The position numbers and the translations under genes were made by a program. A stretch of DNA of 64,000 nt from Octopus sinensis (Eukaryota), in the NCBI RefSeq assembly GCF_006345805.1, contig NC_043009.1, positions 11,966,001 to 12,030,000 on the forward strand, in the 5' to 3' direction. Positions within the stretch are counted from its first letter, which is position 1. Each line of letters begins with the position of its first letter. Under the pieces are notes generated by a model. The model saw only the letters and a list, made by a program, of their open reading frames with translations. It made no database searches and was not told the DNA's origin. Shown here in pieces: positions 11,536 to 23,728 of the stretch.

Positions 11536-11910
11536 TGTAAAATAAATCAAGCCAGACGTGGAAATATAAACAGATTTTCGATCGTTCTTTTCGTGGACTT
11601 CACATGTGTCTTTGAGATGAATGATTGTAAAGGAACACTTGTCTGTTCACATCATCAAAGGGACAGAAAAAAAACATTTTTGTCATAGATTCGTTTGTAT
11701 AATTTGGTGAGTCGCGATTGATGTAAAACAGAATAATGGGGATGATAAACAATGTAAACTTTAAGCAAAATTTCAGTTCATATATGTGTGTATGCGCGGG
11801 CGTGTGTGTGTATGTGAGTGTGCTTAATACCGAACGAATGAGAAAGAGGTGCTCAATACCTTGTGTAGAGGCTATAGTTTTTATTAAAACTGAATCCGAG
11901 GGACATTTTT

Positions 11911-11985
11911 CGAGACTCGAGTTTCAGACTACTACAAATCTTCAGGCGAGTTGTCGTCTGGAGTCACCAGACGAACTATCAGCTT
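11911..11985 (-). ncRNA. Degenerate hammerhead-like motif plus adjacent hairpin
   Basis: Minus strand CUGAAGA...GUCU-GAAA-CUCGAG-UC (palindromic stem III, GUC triplet); stems I and II are poor; neighbouring 8-bp hairpin TCGTCTGG/CCAGACGA. Confidence 0.3.
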
Positions 11986-12282
11986 CAGTTTTAATGATAA
12001 TAAAAATAATAATAAAATTAAGAAGTTATGTATATAAATATGTGTTTGTGTGTATGTACGAGAGTGTGTGTATGCATATACATACGTACTTATGTATGCA
12101 TTGATATATGTCTATATGTGTATGTACATGTATATATGTTTATATCATGAGTAGAGTCCACAGTGATCCGTAGGTAGGAGAGGTGCAGCCGGAGAGTAAA
12201 TGTCCAAAAGAGAATCTGTAAAGGGTAGATAGAAAGTCCAGTTGCAGAAGTTCGTTTGTGGTAAGAAATGACAAGATCAACC

Positions 12283-12490
12283 ATGTCGCCATGATAGATC
12301 GTTAGCCACTACACACATTTATTTCTCTCCTTGTTTCTCTCCTTGTTTTTTCTGTGTCCCTTTCTGTAGAAGAGCGTAGGCTCGAAACGTAAAAGACTTT
12401 TTCTATTCCTGAGCGTTATACTAATACATCTGTTTGTTTTGTACACCATCTGTCTTCGTCTTTTTTTTTTTTTCGTAAACTCTGCCTATA
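12283..12490 (+). mobile_element. Family H repeat with hammerhead-like motif (core 12364-12370)
   Basis: Motif identical to 2036-2077. Confidence 0.65.
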
Positions 12491-12863
12491 TATATTTATA
12501 CATACATCTATATATATATAGATACATATGTATAAACATGCATACATACACAGAGTGGTTACTAAAAGCAATGAACCCAATAAAATACAGTTTTATTCGA
12601 ATTGTTTATCGTACACTAATACTTAGTTTCGCATAAACTCAGTGTTAAGAAATAAGTTAGTATTCAAAATGTTAAACATTTCAAACAAGTGGAAATTAGA
12701 AATAACAAAAACGTAATATTGCACAATATCCTGTTTTACATTTTGTTGCTTTTAGTGTTAACCTATGGGAATATCCAGTTCTATATTTAAGAGATGAAGG
12801 ATTATGTACACTATTTACATTATTTACATTTGACGAATGTTTACCCTCATCTTGTTTGTTGTT

Positions 12864-12909
12864 AATACAAAGTTTCGGCTGATATACCCTTCTGCTTTCA
12901 TCAGGTGTC
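12864..12909 (-). ncRNA. Minimal type I hammerhead motif, left arm
   Basis: GACAC-CUGAUGA-A-AGCAG..CAGCC-GAAA-CUUU-GUAUU; canonical core with mutated stems. Confidence 0.55.
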
Positions 12910-12970
12910 TTGGGGAAATTTCGAACCTGAGTTATCATTCCTAAGATATTTGTCGAGCTTATTATTATTA

Positions 12971-13005
<35 letters not shown>

Positions 13006-13238
13006 GTTCAGATCGCTGCCAGGAATCGAACTCGGAAACTTGGGATTATTAGCTCGCGCTTTTAACCACTACGCCACAGGCATATGGCGTAGAGGTTAAG
13101 AGCGCGGGCTAAAAACTAAAAAATTCCAAAATTCAGAGTTCGATTCCAGGCAGCGACCTGAGTAATAATAATAACAACAACAACAACAACATCGAAAAAT
13201 ACCTTAGGAATGAGAACCCAGGCTCGAAATTTCCTCAA

Positions 13239-13281
13239 GACACCTGATGAAGGGTGGAAGGTGTATCAACCGAAACGTGTT
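13239..13281 (+). ncRNA. Minimal type I hammerhead motif, right arm
   Basis: GACAC-CUGAUGA-A-GGGUG..CAACC-GAAA-CGUGUU; canonical core, apparent 3-nt deletion near the cleavage site. Confidence 0.55.
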
Positions 13282-13608
13282 AACAACAAACAAGATGAGG
13301 ACAGATATCCGTCAAATGTAAATAATGTAAATAATGTACTATAGGAATATGTTCAATTTCTTGTTATTTACAATGCATTGAACTCTTTTATTGAACTCAG
13401 GTTTTCTTGTGTTGAGCACTCTTCGTAAATTTTGCGCAAAACCTCTATGTTGATGTATTTTATGAATATTCATATACAAACATGCAAGATTCCGCTCTCT
13501 CTCTCTCTTGCTCTAAGACTTTTCTATTTTACCTGAACTAATACACCTGCTTCTTGTTCCCTCACCTGTCGTTTTCTTTTCTATACATTTGAACCATGTA
13601 TATATATA

Positions 13609-13808
13609 GGTGTAGGAGTGGCTGTGTGATAGGTAGCCATAGGCTTAGGAGTGGCTGTGTGGTAGGTAGCTTGCTTATTAACCACATGGTTCCAGGTTCA
13701 GTCCCAATACGTGGCACATTGGGCAGGTGTTTTCTACTATGGCCTCGGCCCGACCAAAGCCTTAAGGGTGGATTTGGTAGACGGAGGCTGGGGGAGGCCT
13801 GTCGTATG
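13609..13808 (+). mobile_element. SINE B 5' half with a duplicated A-box segment
   Basis: AGGAGTGGCTGTGTG occurs twice; head and core match 18176. Confidence 0.8.
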
Positions 13809-13900
13809 TATGTATATATATATGTAATTATATTAGGGGGTATATCCAAACTTACAGGGAAAAATTAGATTTAGGATTAAATCAAATTTCACAGTATAAA

Positions 13901-14104
13901 TATAAATTAAATTAGAGATAAAACCACTATTCGGCAAATCAAACAGTTTAAATTGAAATATAATTTAATTTAAAATTAACTTATATAAATTTTATATTTT
14001 ATATATTTTGTATATTATATTAATTATATTTATTTTATGTTTTGATTTATGTTTTTCATTGTTTGATTTGCCTAATAGTGGTTTTATCTCTAATTTAATT
14101 TATA
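13901..14104. repeat. 45-bp inverted repeat around an AT-rich spacer
   Basis: 13901-13945 vs 14060-14104, one mismatch. Confidence 0.85.
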
Positions 14105-14972
14105 TATATTATATATATATATATATATATACAGTTATGCTTATATATATTCACATATGCATATATATATACGTATATATATTTATGTATACATGCATTT
14201 ATATATTTATATATGTATATCTCTCTATATATATGCGTGTGTGTGTGTTTACGCGCGTGTACAGGACACGTTCCGGTCTATCACAACGTTCTTCATTCTA
14301 TCGTAACGCCAATGCCAGTATTACTTAACAGTTGAAAATGAAATACTAATAAATTCTTGCCAGGCACCATCAGTTGAAAGTATCTGTAACATTAATGTTT
14401 GGCGTAGAGAAAGAACTAGGTTAGTCCAGGTAGTAAAGGGTGGAACTTTCCTTCCTTTTCTTTCTTTATTTGTTTGTTCAATTATTTGTTTACTTATTTA
14501 TGTACTTCTTTCTGTACTTCTTTCTGTACTTTTTCTAATGGATACGTTCGCTGTTTTCCTACTTCTGTTTTCTTTATTTAACTCGTTCCGTTTTGCTTAC
14601 TTCCGCCTGCGGAAGTAAAAGTGCTAAAGTAATAAATTAAACCATCAAGCCAAAAGTGTTGCTTCGCAAATACTATTATAAAATTTGGGCGATACCATCT
14701 TGAATCAACAACAACTGTAACAGAAGGAGAAATAACGGCAACGCAATAACACAATGCGTATATGTGTGTGCGTGAGAATACACACACACACACAGTATAG
14801 ATATATGAATGTATGTATACCATATATATATATATATTACTTATACCTATACAGACAGCGCGCGCAAATTGATTATATATATATGTATATGTAAATATAT
14901 ATATATATATATATATAATACATATATATATATATACGCACACATACATATATACATATATATATTACATAC

Positions 14973-15020
<48 letters not shown>

Positions 15021-15650
15021 TCACACACACACACACATATATATATCTATATATACACACACACATACACACATATATATTATATATGAGCATGTGTCTG
15101 TATATACCTATGTACGCATATCCGTATACATACACGTTGAAACAGACACATACCAACATTCAGAAAAGCCGCAAATATGGATTGCCAATATTTTCCTTCT
15201 GTACTCACATATTTGTTAATATAATTGCCATGACAACGTCCATTGCCAGCATCAATAGTGCATATGAATGGTGCATGTGTACATGAGCGCGGGTATGTCT
15301 CTGGTGCGCGGGTATGTATCTACACCCGCCGTCCTTACTCATCATTACAATCACCAGAAACCTTTGTCGGTTACCCTTAGTTACCCTTGAGTCAACCCCG
15401 ATCGAAGGGGCACTATGCGTTGATACACTGTGTATTGAACGTGTCTGTCTGTTTAAAAAAAATAAGGCTGGAGGGATGTGATTTCAAATAGATTTCACTG
15501 CTACAGCCAGCAGGATGTGCCACCGCGAAGGGGCATCTGTGTTGACCCCCAAGTACTTTACAGTACATCCGTTTGATCTACTTGTGGTTCTTCCTTTCCT
15601 CTCTTTTTTCCTCTCTCTCTCTCTTTCACTCACTCACTTTCACTCTCTCT

Positions 15651-15695
<45 letters not shown>

Positions 15696-15745
15696 GAGAG
15701 AGAGAGAGAGAGATAGTTAGATAGACATACATACATGCATACATA

Positions 15746-15779
<34 letters not shown>

Positions 15780-16454
15780 CATACAAACAAACATACATAC
15801 ATACATGCATACATACATACATACTTACATACATACATACATGCATACATACAAACATATATACATGCATATGTGTACACTCTTACTGGTTTCCATCATT
15901 GACTGTGGCCATATCGGGGTGCCGCCTTCAAGATTATATCAAGGCCATTGTCTTTATGCCAGCTTCGTAATTATTTGTAATTCAATATTAACCGAATGGT
16001 TATAAACAAACCTTTACGAATCAACACCTGTTCGTTTTGCTTTGTTTTATTTTTTTTTTCCTTTTTAACTCTTCACTTGTCCACAGTCTACTTTCACCCC
16101 TTTTTCAGTCCCTTCTTTCTTTCTATCCCCAACGGTTTCTTGCCGTCTTCCAATCACCATCTGATCGTCATAATAATTCTATTTGCTTCCGCCTTAAGCT
16201 ATTCTCGGAGCTGCAAGCGATTTTCTTCCCCTGAAGCCAACAGTCATGTTTATCAACCCTGGGGCTCTGTTGTTGTTGTTGTTGTCGTTGTTGCTGTTGC
16301 TGCTACTGCTATCCCCTCTTCGTTCGGCCATCTCCCTCTTTCATTACTTATATCTTTATTCATTCATTTTTCTTTCTCTCTTTTTCTAAGAATCAGGGAT
16401 TCAAGTGACCTTTACTACGGACTATAGCTTCTCTTTACAACCACTATAAATGTA

Positions 16455-16706
16455 AAGGCAGCGAGCTGGCAGAAACGTTAGCACGCCGGGCGAAATGCGT
16501 AGCCGTATTTCGTCTGCCGTTACGTTCTGAGTCCAAATTCCGAGGTCGACTTTGCCTTTCATCCTTTCGGGGCCAATAAATTAAGTACCAGTAACGCACT
16601 GGGGTCGATATAATCGACTTAATCCGTTTGTCTGTCCTTGTTTGTCCTCTCTGTGTTTAGCCTCTTGTGGGTAGTAAAGAAATAGGTATTTCTTCTGTCT
16701 TTACGT
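16455..16706 (+). mobile_element. SINE A monomer with the start of a second unit
   Basis: Family head and tail, then AAATAG|GTATTTC; abuts an oppositely oriented SINE B. Confidence 0.85.
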
Positions 16707-16709
16707 TCA

Positions 16710-16830
16710 TTGGACTTATTCACTGGAAGCCTAGTACTTATTCTATCAGTCTATTTGCCGAACCGCTAAGTGACGGGAAGGTAAATACACCGCCATCTGT
16801 TGTCAAGCGATGTTTGCGGAACAAGCACAG

Positions 16831-16869
<39 letters not shown>

Positions 16870-17030
16870 CACGACGGGCTTCTTTCGGTTTCCGTCTACC
16901 ACTCACAAGGTTTTGGTCAGCACGAGGCTATAGTAGAAGACACTTGCCCAAGGTGCCACGCAGTGGGAATGAACCCAGAACCATGTGGTTGGTAAGCAAG
17001 CTACTTACCACACAGCCACTCCTGCACCTA
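16710..17030 (-). mobile_element. SINE B, 3'-truncated
   Basis: Reverse complement of the B head, core and internal microsatellite. Confidence 0.85.
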
Positions 17031-17115
17031 GACATACCCATGTATGTATGTATGTATGTATGTATGTATGTATGTATGTATGTATGTATGTATGTATGTA
17101 TGTATATATGTATGT

Positions 17116-17178
<63 letters not shown>

Positions 17179-17673
17179 CATCAATGCGCATGAGTACGTC
17201 TTTAAGTGTCTGCCTATATATTCTCTTCGAAGCTGCAGCGATGTTGAATAATAGGCAAGTCAACTAAAGTTCAAGATAAATGGATGTTAAATGTCAAGTA
17301 GTTTGTCATGAGTTAGCGGGGGAGTTGCAAACTCATACACAAAGCAATCAGAGAAGACAGAAACAATGTCAATGAGGGGTGGGGAAGTTCTTCCAGGGTC
17401 ATTCAGTCTACTAGAAATAGCAGCTAAAGTTCCCTTAAAAATGCCCCACGGTCTTGAAAAGAAAATATGTAAATAAGTAAAGGTTGAGTTGGACAGTTGG
17501 TCCCTGTTATACAAAAGGATTGGATAGGAACTGCTGGAGAACCTTTGGTCATAGGTCTCCCTGATCAGAGCCAGCCTGGTTCTACTTATATTAAGTAATA
17601 TAAAATAATACGGTCTATGTGTGCTTGTTTGTCTTATCATACACGCACACACACATAGTATACCGTATATGCG

Positions 17674-17714
<41 letters not shown>

Positions 17715-17730
17715 GGTACACCACATATAA

Positions 17731-18148
17731 GGCGGCGAGCTGGTAGAATCGTTAGCACGCCGGGCGAAATGCTTAGCGGTATTTCGTTTGCCGCTACGTT
17801 CTGAGTTCGAATTCCGCCGAGGTCGACTTTGCCTTTCATCCTTTCGCGGTCGATTAAATAAGTACCAGTTACGCACTGAGGTCGATGTAATCGACTTAAT
17901 TCCTTTGTCTGTCCTTGTTTGTCCCCTCTATGTTTATCCCCTTGTGGGTAATAAAGAAATAGGTATTTCGTCTGCTTCTATGTACTGAGTTCAAATTCCG
18001 CCGAGGTCGACTTTGCCTTTCATCCTTTCGCGGTCGATTAAATAAGTACAAGTTACGCACTGGGGTCGATATAATACACTTAATCCGTTTCTCTGTCCTT
18101 GTTTGTCCTCTGTGTGTTTAGCCCCTTGTGGGCAATAAAGAAATAAGA
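17731..18148 (+). mobile_element. SINE A dimer with a 15-bp TSD
   Basis: TSD GTACACCACATATAA at 17716-17730 and 18149-18163; unit junction 17962/17963. Confidence 0.92.
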
Positions 18149-18175
18149 GTACACCACATATAATGTGTATATATA

Positions 18176-18339
18176 GGCGCAGGAGTGGCTGTGTGGTAAG
18201 TAGCTTGTTTACCAACCACATGGTTCCGGGTTCAGTCCCACTGCGTGGCACCTGGGCAAGTGTCTTCTATTATAGCCTCGGGCCGACTAAAGCCTTGTGA
18301 GTGGATTTGGTAAACGGAAACTGAAAGAAGCCCGTCGTA

Positions 18340-18397
<58 letters not shown>

Positions 18398-18617
18398 TGT
18401 GTGTGTTTGTGTGTCTGTGTTTGTTCCCCTAGCATTGCTTGACAACCGATGCTGGTGTGTTTATGTCCCCGTTACTTAGCGGTTCGGCAAAAGAGACCGA
18501 TAGAATAAGTACTGGGCTTACAAAAGAATAAGTCCCGGGGTCGAGTTGTTCGATTAAAAAGGCGGTGCTCCAGCATGGCCGCAGTCAAATGACTGAAACA
18601 AGTAAAAGAGTAAAAGA
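18176..18617 (+). mobile_element. SINE B, full length (tRNA head, CORE-like segment, internal microsatellite)
   Basis: GGCGCAGGAGTGGCTGTGTGG...GGTTCAGTCC head; CCTGGGCAAGT resembles the CORE-SINE motif CCTTGGGCAAGT; (TA)n(TG)n centre; GAGTAAAA tail. Confidence 0.88.
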
Positions 18618-19026
18618 GAGAGTATACATACATACATACATACATACATACATACATACATACACACATTCATACATACGTACAAATCTATGCATGCATC
18701 CTTATAGATGCAGTTCAAAACAAAGATGTCGAATAGCATTCTAAGAGGTGGCAGAGTGGCAGAACAAGGAATTACAGAATCAACATCACGAGAAACAGGA
18801 GGTTACGGAAGAAATAGACAGATGTGGACATGTGTAGACTAAATTATAAGGTGAGTGGATGTTCTACGTGTGTACCACGGTATGGACTCTAGAAACCTTT
18901 TCAAGAACGCATTTATGAGGACCTACAGTGGTTCTAGCTTCTCCCTTATGATATTTATGCTGTCAAATATTGCTTACATATACGATGTATGTAGGTATGT
19001 GTATGATATATATGTAATGTATGTAT

Positions 19027-19340
19027 GGTTCAGTGGTTAGGGTATTCGGCTCCCGATCGTAAGGTCGTGAATTCGATTCCCGGCGGCACGTTGTGTCTCT
19101 TGAGCAAGACACTCTTTCACGATACGCCAATCCACTCAACTGACAAAAATGAGCTGTATATGTATTTCAAAGGGCCAGCCTTGTCGCATTCTGTGTCACA
19201 CTGAATATCCCCGAGAACTACTTTAAGGCACGCGTGTTTGTGGAGTGCTCAGCCACTTACACGTTAATTTCACGAGCAGGTTATTCGGTTAATCGGATCA
19301 ATTGGAACAGTCGTCGTTGTAATTGACGGAGTTCCAGTAA
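19027..19340 (+). mobile_element. SINE family C variant
   Basis: tRNA-like head; tail is reverse-complementary to 34695-34835. Confidence 0.75.
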
Positions 19341-19679
19341 AAAAAAAAGTATATTAACCGTCCACGAACACTTATTACAAACCGCTAATATGAAGGGCAA
19401 AGTAAACTGGATAGTCTAATTTACATATGTGATACTTTTATGAGCAGCAAGACCGAATATAAAATTATTTGTGTCTTAGCACTCTTTCATTTCGTTTCCA
19501 TTGGTTGGCTAAGAAATCATTACATATGTTCTATAGTATATTATAGCACTGAAACTGAACTCTGCTGTTAACACACCTGCTGTTTAATGTTTGATTTAGC
19601 TACGCCAAATGTGTTAAAAATGTAAATTGGCCTATCCGGTTGAATTAGCCTTTAATACTATTGGCTTTATACCAATCAA

Positions 19680-20090
19680 GGCGATGAGTTCAAATTCTGC
19701 CGAGGTCGACTCTGCCTTTCATCCTTTCTGGAGTCGATAAAATAAGTACTAGTTGACTACTGAGGTTAATATAATCGACCTACCTACCCACTCCCACAGG
19801 CCTATAGTAGAAAGGAATATTAGTGGCTTTATACAAATCAAGGCGGCGGGTTGGCAAGACTACTAGCGCGTCGGAAAACAATGCTTAGTGGCATTTTTTC
19901 TGCACTTTACGTTCTGAGCTCAAATTCCATTGAGGACGACTTTGCCTTTGTTGGTTAATAAATTTGTTGGTTAATAAATTGCCTTTGTTGGTTAATAAGA
20001 TAGGTACCAGCCAAGAGCTTGTTCCGATGTATTGGACGTTGCCCCTTTTCAAAATTGCCAGCTTTGTGTCTAAATTAGAAAGAATTATAA
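19680..20090 (+). mobile_element. Two diverged A2 SINE fragments
   Basis: GAGTTCAAATTC..GAGGTCGAC..GCCTTTCATCC motif and a second decayed head at ~19842. Confidence 0.65.
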
Positions 20091-20135
20091 AGGGTTTATA
20101 AGTATTGGGTTCATGGATAGTTAAGGACGGTACTC

Positions 20136-20180
20136 AGTTGCTGACGAAGATTCCAACAATATTTGAAACGTCCGCGCAGT
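20136..20180 (+). ncRNA. Minimal hammerhead-like motif with canonical core
   Basis: CUGACGA-AGAU(9 nt)AUUU-GAAA-C-GUC; ACGU palindrome; stem I weak. Confidence 0.45.
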
Positions 20181-20439
20181 CCCTCATTTTCAGTCAAACA
20201 GCATATTGTACAGACACATCGCGTAATCGTCATAACGCACAATGATGGCTAATAAATCTATAGATATGTTTTAAATTACATTAAAACAACGAAACCAAAC
20301 GCTGTTAAGACACCAATGAGAGGAAAAGGAAGGCATGGAGATGAGGAAAGAGTAAGAGATAGGGAGAGAGTAGGAGATACACATACATTTCTGTGAGGGT
20401 TTACAGATCCTGAATAAACAACGTAAACAACAAAATGCC

Positions 20440-20464
20440 AATACTACTACTACTACTGCTGCTG

Positions 20465-20495
<31 letters not shown>

Positions 20496-20578
20496 GACTA
20501 CTACTCCTGCTGCTGCTGCTTTTGCTGCTACTACTACTACTACAACTACTGCTGCTGCTACCACCACCACCACCACCG

Positions 20579-20641
<63 letters not shown>

Positions 20642-20690
20642 AGAACAGCAACAACAACAACAACAACAGCAATAATAATAATAATCTTTT
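20440..20690. repeat. (CTA)n/(CTG)n/(CCA)n/(CAA)n trinucleotide tract
   Basis: Directly visible. Confidence 0.95.
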
Positions 20691-20867
20691 TTTATGTAAT
20701 AAGTGGAATAATTTACGTTTGCCTCGCTGAACGTGACTACGAAAACGTGTCTAATATTTGTCAGCTATAAAATCTCAATGGCGTCCATTTCACCGAGTAA
20801 CGACATATCTGTATGACATAACAAAATCATTCACGCAAATACACACACGTTTTGACATGTGCTTATA

Positions 20868-20924
<57 letters not shown>

Positions 20925-21071
20925 AGCGTATTTGGATTGGTAGAACGTAAGTGTTCGCTCTATATATTCAGTACATATAAACGGACGTATGACGAGTATT
21001 TTAGTAAGTTTCTTTCGTAAACCACACACTACCTTGTGCATATGATTTCTACTATTGCTCAGGTTCCATCC

Positions 21072-21112
<41 letters not shown>

Positions 21113-21208
21113 GCCATCCATCCATCCATCCATCCATCCATCGATCTATCTATCTACCTACCCACCTACCTACCTACCTACCTGCCTACCTATCTACCAA
21201 CCTGTCTG

Positions 21209-21259
<51 letters not shown>

Positions 21260-21276
21260 CTCTCTCTCTCTCTCTA

Positions 21277-21350
<74 letters not shown>

Positions 21351-21354
21351 CCAT

Positions 21355-21570
21355 CTGTTTTACTTGTTTCAGTCATTTTGACTGCGGCCATGTTGGAGCA
21401 CCGCCTTTAGTCGAAACAAATCGACCCCAGGAATTATTCTTTGTAAGCCTAGAATTTTTCTATCGTTTTTTTTTTTGCCGAACAGCTAAGTTACGGAAAC
21501 GTAAACACACCAACATCGGTTGTCAAGCGATACTGGAGGACAAACACAGACACACATACACACGCACACA

Positions 21571-21615
<45 letters not shown>

Positions 21616-21800
21616 AACACATCATCATCATTGTTCGACCGTGGTCGAGACAATGGAATTTACCATGCTACGCCAGACTTCACGGTCCATCATGGCATTA
21701 CGGAGGTCCTGTTACCCACGACGGGCTTCTTTCAGTTTCCATCTACCAAATCCACTCACAAAGGTTTGGTCGGCCGGAGGCTATGGAAGAAGACACTTCC
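21355..21800 (-). mobile_element. SINE B interrupted by an RTE 3' fragment
   Basis: B tail, microsatellite and core flank the 21621-21713 insert. Confidence 0.85.
21621..21713 (-). mobile_element. RTE LINE 3' terminal fragment with (ATG)n tail
   Basis: Reverse complement matches 34283-34370 (DLRNAMMDREVWRSMVNSIVSTTVEQ*). Confidence 0.85.
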
Positions 21801-22811
21801 CCAAGGTGTCATAAGTACTTAAGGTGCTATATATAGTTAATATATATTTAATATATAGCTTGTGTGTGTTGTATATATTCATGTGTGTTCATGCATTCCA
21901 TGTGTGTTGTGCATATTCATGTTTCTGTCTTAGGTGAACACCGTACGCTAAACTATAAGCTCCTGGCAAGTTTCCTGTTTGAAGCTAATTCTCTACATAT
22001 ATGCCATAAATGCCCTTTAACAAAGGATGGACGGCCTTAACTCACATTCCGTCTCTCCTTAAAAATAAAGTATAACACCTCATGCCTAGTTAAACGAGTC
22101 AGTAGTCTTTACTTTTGCTTTTTGTCTTTCTGTTTATTTATATAGTTTTGTTTTGTATATATTATTTTTACTTTCTCTTTCATCTTCCTATTTCAACATT
22201 TACTTTTCCGCTTTTTTTTCACTGACTTTTATTTTTATTTTCGGTATTACTTGAATTATGGGGAGATAATTGTCGGCAAGCAGCGAGGTTAAGAGAGCTG
22301 TAAAAAATAAAGAAGACAAGAAAACCTTCAGCATTAGCTTTTCGCCTTCTTTATCTTCGTTTTTATCATCATAATCCTTATCATAATCCTATCTATTTAT
22401 TATAACCATCATCATCCATTATGTTGGCTTACATTTTCTTACATTTTCTTTCTTTCGTTTTTGATAAACTCGTTTTCTTTTTTCCTTTCTGTATTGAATT
22501 CTGTTTTTTTTCCCGTCTTCTGCCATAACACTCAACTTGCTCAGCCATATTTACACACTTGCAACCAACTCTCCCTTTCACTCTCCCGCTCTTTCTCTGT
22601 CTCTCTGTCTCTCTGTCTCTCTGTCTTTGCCTCTGTGTGTATGTGTGTCTATGTGTATTTATACTCATTCCTTCGTACATGCATGTACATAGATACATAC
22701 ATACACATAGATAGACACACATACATACATAAATGCATTCATTGGAACAAAGGAAACCACAAACAATAATAACGAACTCAATAATAGTTAATATGACATA
22801 ACTATAAATAC

Positions 22812-22870
22812 ATATATAATATATATATATGCATATCTTATATATATATGCATATATATATATATATATA

Positions 22871-22916
<46 letters not shown>

Positions 22917-23144
22917 TATTATATATATATATGTATATATATATGCATATATATATATGCATATATATATATATATGCATATATATATATATATATATAT
23001 ATGCATATATATTATATATATATATATATGCATATATATATATATATATATATGCATATATATATATATATATATATATATGCATATATATATATATATA
23101 TATATATGCATATATAATATATATATATATATATGCATATATAT

Positions 23145-23191
<47 letters not shown>

Positions 23192-23195
23192 TATG

Positions 23196-23228
<33 letters not shown>

Positions 23229-23230
23229 GC

Positions 23231-23262
<32 letters not shown>

Positions 23263-23318
23263 GTGCATATATATATATATGCATATATATATATATATGC
23301 ATATATAATATATATATA
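22812..23318. repeat. ~500-bp (TA)n array punctuated by GC (ATATGC)
   Basis: Directly visible; source of all the YI-repeat ORFs here. Confidence 0.95.
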
Positions 23319-23614
23319 GGAAGATGTTTGCATGTGTTCAGGTTTGCTCACAACTCCACACACTCTCAAATAAGATGGATGCATATAAGCATATGCGCGC
23401 GCGTACAACCCACACCATTTGTATATTGCAGATTAAGATTGCTCCCGGAAATAATGTGCAAAGAAAAGCCAGCCACCACATACGATGAACTGAATTTAAT
23501 AGAATATTATTCGATTAGTTTTATCCGCCTTTTAGACCAGAGAGGAAAAAATACAGACAATATATATATATAAATTTGTATGTATGCCTAATGCATATAT
23601 ATTACATGTATAAA

Positions 23615-23650
<36 letters not shown>

Positions 23651-23690
23651 AATATATAATATATATATATATATAGATATATATATATAA

Positions 23691-23728
<38 letters not shown>

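Larger units (their letters stand above)
12775..13338. mobile_element. Palindromic retroposon (family G): two head-to-head tRNA-derived arms, each with (AAT)n and a hammerhead-bearing tail
   Basis: Left arm 12775-13076 (minus) and right arm 13085-13338 (plus) are inverted copies; 12-bp TSD CTAT(G/A)GGAATAT at 12763-12774 and 13339-13350. Confidence 0.8.

Noticed and set aside
13007-13165. Possible genuine tRNA genes
   Set aside because: Acceptor and anticodon stems do not pair properly and the heads run into repeat tails; they are SINE heads. The same applies to the heads of families A, B and C.
22429-23573. Long ORFs of YI, MYVC, poly-L/V/D/E and KERK type here and throughout the window
   Set aside because: They are translations of microsatellites, with no domain content or splice context.
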